From Epithemia pelagica (taxonomy: Eukaryota > Protista > Bacillariophyta): a DNA stretch of 64,000 bases. Both the position numbers and the translations under genes were made by a program. The stretch is from assembly GCA_946965045.2 (NCBI GenBank), contig OX337239.1, positions 744,001 through 808,000 of the forward strand, read 5' to 3'. Below the pieces are notes generated by a model, which was given only the letters and a program-made list of their open reading frames with translations, searched no databases and had not been told where the DNA came from. Shown here piece by piece: positions 54,131-61,493 of the stretch; within the stretch, counting starts at the first letter, position 1, and the number at the start of each line of letters is the position of its first letter.

Positions 54131-55501
54131 TTACACGGTCCACGTTCCCCAAACCAGTGCCACGAACGAGAGTAGCAAGGTTCCGGTGGCCAAGGTCATG
54201 GAGGCTCCACAGCCATTGCAGCCCTTGTGTGTACCGGGTGGGTCAAAGTAGGGCAAGACAAAGCCGGTATTGGGTTGAACGTAGCCACAAGTTTGTCGTC
54301 CATCCTTCCACACATTGCAACAATCAATGGTAATGGTCGTGTTTCCGGCCAATAGGGGATCGGAATGGCCCTGACTGGTACTACTGGCCGTACATTGCGA
54401 ACATCCTCGACACAAACGACCATCCACCGAGGCACCACAACGAATGGATTCATTGAAGAATCCGGCAATGCGAGGTTGGATCTCCACACAGGTGGTGTGC
54501 GACATTTCATACTCGTCATTGTCTCCCAGGGCGCCAGTCGAATTGCCAGTAGTATTGTCCTCCATGTCATTGGTCATGTCATCCGTCGGATCGTCCTCCA
54601 CAAAGCCATCGGGCGGCGAAGGTCCACCGCCCAGGCCACCACCACCCAAGGTGGTGGTGGAATTCATTTCGTCGTCATCGCCCAATCCAAATCCCACGGG
54701 TCGTTTCAAATCGTACTGTTGCGTACAGGTAGTCATGCGACTGGCCGGAATGGTGGGTCGTCCCATGGCCGCCATGCCATCCAAAATGACGGCAAAGGAT
54801 TGGATAAAGCAAGAGGAATTGTCGGTATTGCACAAGGAATCGGCAATGGTACATTCCGCCAGAACATCAAAGCGGAGAATGCGACGACAGGTACAATCAA
54901 AGCCCGCGTGCGCATTGTATCCGGCACAGGTCAAGTCCACATTGAGAGGTACCGGTGTGACGGAAGCGGTACTGTTGTTGTTGCCACCTCCATTGGCATT
55001 GACATTGGCCAAGGCATCTGTAACTTGCAACGAACGAGTGTCGTCGGACGAGACTGTCGCAGAAACCGACTCTGGTGGTGGTGGTTGTTGTTGCGGATAA
55101 TGAGGATTGGGAATTTGGGCCGTTTGTTGCAAAAAGAGTTCACTGACTTGCGTGACCCATTCATGGACGAGATCCGAGTCTAGGATACGATTCTCATTCA
55201 TCACATCCGACGACTCCGAGTTGCTTTCCATGTTGTTCTTTGGGTCATTTGTCAACCATACGGCACCCGAGGCCGAAAGGAGTGCCGTGCCCTCTGGCAG
55301 GGTCGGCTGCTGCTGCAGTTGCGGATCCTCCAACCTTTCATCGAGGCGCAACAAATAACTTGACAATTGTTGGGGGTCCATTTCATTCTCCATGAATGGT
55401 TCGTCATTTTGAGGTGCTTGTGGTGCTTGTTCGGCAGCCAGTACCATGGAGCATTGCAGGACCGCCCAAAGCAGGAGGAAGATGGACGCAACGTGTCTCA
55501 T
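54131..55501 (-). CDS. Secreted or surface Cys-rich protein with C-terminal hydrophobic (GPI/TM-like) tail
   Basis: Signal MRHVASIFLLLWAVLQCSMVLA; about 16 Cys in the C-terminal half; ends GASMTLATGTLLLSFVALVWGTWTV. Confidence 0.7.
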   Translation of the reverse strand: MRHVASIFLLLWAVLQCSMVLAAEQAPQAPQNDEPFMENEMDPQQLSSYLLRLDERLEDPQLQQQPTLPEGTALLSASGAVWLTNDPKNNMESNSESSDVMNENRILDSDLVHEWVTQVSELFLQQTAQIPNPHYPQQQPPPPESVSATVSSDDTRSLQVTDALANVNANGGGNNNSTASVTPVPLNVDLTCAGYNAHAGFDCTCRRILRFDVLAECTIADSLCNTDNSSCFIQSFAVILDGMAAMGRPTIPASRMTTCTQQYDLKRPVGFGLGDDDEMNSTTTLGGGGLGGGPSPPDGFVEDDPTDDMTNDMEDNTTGNSTGALGDNDEYEMSHTTCVEIQPRIAGFFNESIRCGASVDGRLCRGCSQCTASSTSQGHSDPLLAGNTTITIDCCNVWKDGRQTCGYVQPNTGFVLPYFDPPGTHKGCNGCGASMTLATGTLLLSFVALVWGTWTV

Positions 55502-55688
55502 GATCAATCCGCGTAGATGCTAGGTAGTATGATTCAAACTCTCAATCGAGTGGATTCTTGAAGCGATGACCCTGTAATTGTTGTAGAGATCTTTTCTCCT
55601 CTTGTGTTTGGATCTCCCTTGGGTTTGGTTTGGACTAGTAGGAGGGACGACGCAACGAGAACGAGGCGAGTTATAGGATTGTGGAAAG

Positions 55689-57933
55689 GAAAGAGTCATT
55701 TCGTGTGCCCAACAGGCAATCTTGGACACTTGTTGGGGGTAGTTTTTTTTTTGTGTTTTGTGTGATTGGTGATTGGGCAAGTCCCAATCGGGGAGCGGTC
55801 TCTCCGCTCTCCGTACCGTAGTCCCACATCTCTCTTTTTGGAAACAAACTAAAACTCATGTCGTTGAAAATTTTACATTCTGTGACTTTACGGAAGTCGT
55901 CGTCAAATTGTTTCTTGCACACACAAGATGACGAGATTGAATGGAAACGAAAAGAAACATGATCAGCACTGGACGTGTAAAACTCGATATTCCCGAAGAA
56001 AATTGGTATGCACGGCCATTTTTCTACTACTTTGCTTCAACTCACTCGCTGAAATACGCCGAAATGAACTTTTGGCCTGGATCCATGGTGATGGAACCAC
56101 CTGGAGTAGAACTGACAAACTCGGGAAGGTTACTAATAATTCCCAAAAGGATCAAAGCGATGAAGAGGCCCTGTCCGTCGGACCCATGTGCCGAACCAAT
56201 CCTTGGCCAACAGTCATACCACCGCATATCTACGTTTGTGGTTACCGCGGACAAGGAAATGTCGTCAGGAACACTTATCCCGAATTGGATTCGCTCAAAA
56301 GCATTGTATTGACTCGATCCAATTTCAAAAATACGACCAAAAATGATGTATTGATCAGGGGAACCATGGGACGCTGTGACGTATCGGTTCAGCAGATGCT
56401 TCATTCGTTTCCAGGGATGGTGTTTCATGTCAATGGAGAGGCCTTTGGAGGAGAACTTTGGGATAGATATGTGAAATCCAGATCGTCAGGATCAGAAAAG
56501 ACTCTTTCCCATCCACCTCCTCGCAATCTTCACCTGGGATACGTGGCGGACTCAGAATACAGCGTCCGGCTGTTCTATGGCAATATGATTATCAGTACTG
56601 CACCACCTCAGAAACAAGAATGGCTGTTTAACCACTCGAAGAAGCCTCGCAACACGGGAGAGGCCTTTCTCATTTATACCAGCAGCAACTGTCAGCGCGT
56701 GAGGGAATGGGCGTTTGACTCGATAATTACCGCAACCCTAGCCAACTTGCGCCAACCCCTTTCTGCTTCTACCATGGCCCACAAGGGAGGCAAGTGTTGG
56801 GGTAACCTCAAGAATGCGTCATTGGTCCGTAGCACTCAGTGGCCTATACAAAGAAGGAGTAACTGGGGTGATAACTACAAGGTGTATCGGCATTATCGAT
56901 TTTGCTTGGTTCCAGACAAACTAAATACGCCTGGATATGTAACCGAAAAGATTGTCTTGGCCTTTTGGGCCGGTTGTATTCCAATCTACTATGGAACGGA
57001 ACAAGTCTTTGACATTTTTAACCGTCATGCGTTCATTTACTACAATGCGTCGAATCCAAAACCTGCCTTGCATCAAATTGTCCATTTGGAATCGAACCGA
57101 ACGGCCTACAACCACATGTTGGACCAACCCATTCTTGCGAATGGCACTACCACGATGGAGCGCTACTTTTTGTTCAAAGGAGATGGAATGGGGAACCATG
57201 GCTCCTTGAAACAAAAGATTCGTGAAACTGTGTGTGCACTATCTGGCGAGCGCAAGAATGAAACTCATTCTTCAAAGGAAGAGCAAGCTTCTAATAACTG
57301 AGACGTTCGCCAAAGAAAACACACACACGGAATCATTGAATATATAGAAAGAAAATCAACAAAGGGTCGACCCCCTGTAGGAAGAGTGGAACTAGAAAGT
57401 TTATTCTCACAGATGGTAAAGGGACGGCCTAAGGAGAAGGGGCTGCAGATCCTGTACCCAACACCAACAACCGAGCGACTGATGCGGTGCCATCATCCTC
57501 AGATTTGTTTCCCAGATCAGTGCCAGTACAAGTGACGATTTCGTCATTGTCACCTTCCTCGGAGTCATCCAGTTCAATTTCATTGAAGCGATCCAGGAAG
57601 GCTTTGCTAGAAACCGCTCGAGAGCACCCGTGACCTCTGGCGCGATATGATCGTGGTCCGACGTCGCCTCACCCTGCTGTGGACTGGGAGGAGGGACCAC
57701 GAGGCGAGCTGTGTATGATTGTGAACAAGACAGGGGAAAATGTGACAAGGATGAGAAAGAAGAAAGAGTCATTTCGTGTGCCCACCAAGCTATCTTGGAC
57801 ACTTGTTGAGGCAAAGGAGAGCCACGACAATGACACGCGGCAATCAACTGGAATCATTGAATATATAGAAAGAAAATCAACAAAGGGTCGATCCCCTGTA
57901 GGAAGAGTGCAACTAGAGAGTTTATTCTCACAG
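55689..57933. repeat. Dispersed direct repeats around GT10: A 55689-55735 / A' 57762-57808 and B 57329-57412 / B' 57850-57933
   Basis: 47-bp GAAAGAGTCATTTCGTGTGCCCA...GGACACTTGTTG and 84-bp GGAATCATTGAATATATAG...TTTATTCTCACAG each occur twice. Confidence 0.85.
55928..57301 (+). CDS. GT10 alpha-1,3-fucosyltransferase-like type II membrane protein
   Basis: N-terminal TM LVCTAIFLLLCF; YRFCLVPDKLNTPGYVTEKIVLAFWAGCIPIYYG (alpha-1,3-FucT motif). Confidence 0.82.
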   Translation: MTRLNGNEKKHDQHWTCKTRYSRRKLVCTAIFLLLCFNSLAEIRRNELLAWIHGDGTTWSRTDKLGKVTNNSQKDQSDEEALSVGPMCRTNPWPTVIPPHIYVCGYRGQGNVVRNTYPELDSLKSIVLTRSNFKNTTKNDVLIRGTMGRCDVSVQQMLHSFPGMVFHVNGEAFGGELWDRYVKSRSSGSEKTLSHPPPRNLHLGYVADSEYSVRLFYGNMIISTAPPQKQEWLFNHSKKPRNTGEAFLIYTSSNCQRVREWAFDSIITATLANLRQPLSASTMAHKGGKCWGNLKNASLVRSTQWPIQRRSNWGDNYKVYRHYRFCLVPDKLNTPGYVTEKIVLAFWAGCIPIYYGTEQVFDIFNRHAFIYYNASNPKPALHQIVHLESNRTAYNHMLDQPILANGTTTMERYFLFKGDGMGNHGSLKQKIRETVCALSGERKNETHSSKEEQASNN

Positions 57934-57982
57934 TTGGCACGTTTTGAAGGAGACTCAGTTCTTTTTGCGGGGATGTCGACGG

Positions 57983-58690
57983 TTATTTTGTTGGTAAGGT
58001 CGACGGTTGGGCCGCATTAACGGAGGTTGAGAAGTACTGTTGCACGATGAATCGTCGAAGTTCATTCATGAGTCGACTCCAGTTGCTTGCCGTAGTCAGA
58101 ACAAAGTCATTGGCCTCCATGGTAATCAGGAGTGAGGCCAATCCGGACAATGCAGGCGTTCCTCTTTGAGCTTTGATCATTCGGACATTCCCATTGTACC
58201 CCCTTTGACGATATTTGGAAAATTCCCGTACATTGGGATCGACATACAATTTCCAATGCAATGGCATGTTCGCACGCATGGCTCGAACTGCAGTTGGATC
58301 TTCAGTGGCCAAATATATGTGCATCGGATCTTCGTCCAGACTGCTACCACTGTTGTTGGTGTAAATGGGTGTGCTGTTCGCCAAGTTTTTCTGGTTCGTG
58401 CCCTGAGGCCCTGCGACATGGTTTCTTGGTCGTTGTAGTTGGTCTCTTCATTGTTGTAGAATTCGATGACAAGCATCAATGTAGGAGTGAATGCTTACTA
58501 AATCCATTTCTTTTCCTTTGTCTCCCCACCGAATGTGAACGGTAATCAAGTTGGGTGGCACAATGCCATGAGGTGGAAAGACAAGTGGGAGCCTCTCAAC
58601 GACAGAGTCTACGACTCTGGAAGAAACGCTCGAAAACAAAAACTCCATGGCCGATCCGACAAAGTCTTTTACGGTGAGGTTTGAGTTACA
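57983..58690 (-). pseudogene. 5'-truncated GT23/FUT8-like alpha-1,6-fucosyltransferase fragment
   Basis: AMEFLFSS, LITVHIRWGDK, IYLATEDP, SLLITMEANDFVLTTASNWSRLMNELR. In-frame TGA at 58448-58450 and no N-terminal half. Confidence 0.75.
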
Positions 58691-59097
58691 ACATAGCACA
58701 TCTAGCACCATTAGATCTAAGTGTGACATAGCATGACATAGCTACGACATAGAGGAAAGCAGCTGTCCTGAAGTAAGACAGACGCTCGTGTTGCAGTTGA
58801 ACGGACGAACAACAGGGACACCCGGAAAATCCTCACACAGGACTGTAGGTTGACATTTTAGAGAATTGCATAGTACTGTACAAGTCATCTAAGTATTCAC
58901 GCATGCCTTCTCTTGTCTTTAAGTAACCTAAAAAGTTCAACCAGGACGGCGTTCGAATTTACTTACAGGAATCTTCATGTGAAATTTCACATCGTCGATG
59001 TGAAATTTCGCATCTGTCATGTGAAGAAAAAAGTGGCGATAGGAATATTCACACTTCATGTGAAAATTCACATGAATATGTGAAAATTCACATCAAC

Positions 59098-59152
59098 GAT
59101 GTGAAGGAGATGTGAAGAAGATGTGAAGGAGATGTGAAGACGATGTGAAAAC
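59098..59152 (+). repeat. 5 x 11-bp GATGTGAAG(G/A)(A/C) tandem array (left)
   Basis: Direct reading; the last unit is GATGTGAAAAC. Confidence 0.9.
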
Positions 59153-60108
59153 AACAAAAATGAGAGTATGAAAGAAAAATGGGAGAATAAAGGACTATAG
59201 AAAGTAGTTACTAGTGTTGCTGTTTCTCCTGATCCTCCGGGACTGGGACCTCATTGATTCCTTGGAGCTGTTGTTGTTGTTGTGTTTCCAGCAGCCCCGA
59301 CCAGATCCTTGTTGTCCTTGTTGTTGTCATCTGGTTTTGTCTTGTTGTCCGTAGGCTGGGTATTCTTGTGAGAACAAAGCATGCCGTCTTGACCAAACCA
59401 GTGTCAATATCGTTCGTACCTGGGTGTACGAAAACAATTGTTGGCATTCCACAACGACCAGGGATTAGATGGTTGTGTTGATCCTTCACTAGTGAGACTA
59501 TGAGTGCCATGGGCATGTTGCTGCTCTTGCAGCGTTGGTTGTTGGGTCAGGGTCAGGACGAGGGACTCTTGATACCGTTGAATTGTTGGACCAACCGTTC
59601 CAATTGAAAGGCCAATTCCCAATGGACTTGACCAGGACAGTGCCACGGTGAATCAGTCGTAGATGTCGTCGTCGTTGTTGTTGTTGTGCTGGTGGAGGGT
59701 GTCTCACTCGCAAACTTGGGGTTGCGGTGGTTGTCACTGGTTGGTTGGTGGTTATCCTAGCTTGGGGGTCGGGTAGAATGCCATAGTCGCTCAAAACAAC
59801 ATTGGCGTGGAGCAAGGGTGTTTTTTAATGAAGGCCACGACGTCGTCCCAAATCCGTGCCATCTTGGCAATGGGATCCAATCAACTGGTCGTTTCAATCA
59901 AATCTTGCCGTCCCAAGGACAACAAAAACAACGGCTGTAGTAGTAGTGATTGGTAGGTGGTGTAGTATGATTGGTAGGTGGTGTCGATTCAAAATGCCTT
60001 GGACCAAACTTGATTCAGCCCGCAACCAATCTTGAGTCGAGAGCATCCAACATGATGATGAGATGATGACGACGACAAATTCTGTGGATCCCAAGGTGGT
60101 TCGAACAT

Positions 60109-60163
60109 GATGTGAAGACGATGTGAAGACGATGTGAAGAAGATGTGAAGAAGATGTGAAGAA
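60109..60163 (+). repeat. 5 x 11-bp GATGTGAAGA(C/A) tandem array (right)
   Basis: Direct reading. Confidence 0.9.
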
Positions 60164-61493
60164 ATTTTTTCTTCACATGAGATGTGAAAATTCACATGGA
60201 GGTGCGATTCTTCTCACCTCTCATGTGAAAATTCGCATCTGATGGGAAAATTCGCATATGATGTGAATTTTCCTAGTGCTATGCGTGCGTGCAAAATCCT
60301 TAAGTAGATTACTTTCCGGTCCATGCATGCGCGACCGTTAGATTTTCTCAAGATTACTTAAGATCATTGTACTGTAATATGAAATTTTTACAATTTTGTT
60401 TGATTGGTCGCGTGTGAAGATTTTCGGGTGTCCCTGCAGATGGATTTAGCTGAATAGTAACTTCACCCAGCAGTCCAGGAAGATTCATGTACTAATTGTT
60501 CATATACATGCACAATGCAAGTCGCGAGCCTACACATCCGTTCATACGAACGCAAGTTGGACGATACCTCTAGTCGTAATATCTTCTCTCTCAAATTGAG
60601 AATTACACAAAGATAACGATCGACCTTCAGATGATCTAGCAGGCCTGTTCCAAAGGTAAGTACCTTCTAGAAAGAACATTCATAAGGCCCAAACAATCAG
60701 GAGAGGTGAATACTCTCATCTAATCATGAAGAACAAAAAGAACAAGGAAGAACTATTCTCCAAGAGAGAAATGGAGCGGCTAACTTCTCCTTGAGATCGG
60801 AGATTGATCAGACCTGAAAATCACTTTCATGTAGATTAATCTCACTCTTTTCTAAAACACAAAAGTTACAAGCAACTGTTGTCTACAAAAGGAGTCAACC
60901 TATATCGTAGACCGAAGGTGAGGGCCCCATCGTCGATCCAACGTGATAGGTTGACTAACATTGCTACCCAACTGAACTAACCCCGATTATCAAGTCGTTA
61001 TCACACCTAGCTAGCAGATATCCTAAGTGGTTGCTGAGCCCAAATCAAGGCTGATAAACCATACGCTATTCTCTCTATCGATCGATTTATCAAGAAGTTA
61101 ACTACCTTGGAGGACTACCACTGAGTCGTCCCTACCAAGCATCCAAAGCGCGCAAATACTACTGGAGCCAATCAAGGCCCCAACCAAGAATCCACAACGG
61201 CGGACGACATCTCCCCGACCTCAAGTGGACTTGGAAGCTTCGACTGGTTGAATTCGGACAGTGATACCAACTCCAATCCAGATCCCCAGCAAGAGACCGT
61301 CGACCCTCTAGAAGCACCGAACAGTGATCCAACTGCCGATCCAAACGCCCAACGTGAATCCCAGCAAGAGACCACTCGACCATTGCAAATTGTTCCACCT
61401 GAGACCGACCCAACGCGAACTGCCACATCAGAAACAGATCGGACAAGACTGTTGATTGGTGTATCGAGATCCAGGAGGAGACAGCAACGAATC

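Larger units (their letters stand above)
58813..60436. mobile_element. Non-autonomous TIR DNA element (hAT/MULE-like) with subterminal repeats and ~1 kb cargo
   Basis: TIR CAGGGACACCCG(G)AAAATC(C/T)TCACAC at 58813-58838 and 60412-60436, with weaker inverted similarity for ~100 bp. ATGTGAAA(A/T)TTCACAT palindromes at both ends. No TSD and no transposase. Confidence 0.7.

Noticed and set aside
43917-58450. In-frame TAG (FkbM copy 2) and TGA (GT23) as recoding or an alternative genetic code
   Set aside because: The paralog has TGG at the TAG site, both loci show other signs of decay, and other genes use standard stops.
59098-60163. 11-bp repeats as a CRISPR array
   Set aside because: The units are contiguous with no unique spacers, are too short, have no cas genes nearby and sit in a eukaryotic context.
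58805-60444. TSD for the TIR element
   Set aside because: The flanks ACGAACAA and CAGATGGA do not match at 8-9 bp, so the superfamily cannot be assigned from a TSD.
61019-61031. TGGTTGCTGAGCC as a tRNA PBS for the second copia
   Set aside because: It starts with TGG but is not preceded by an LTR-ending CA, and its implied acceptor stem does not fit the initiator tRNA A1:U72 pair. Left unresolved and not called.
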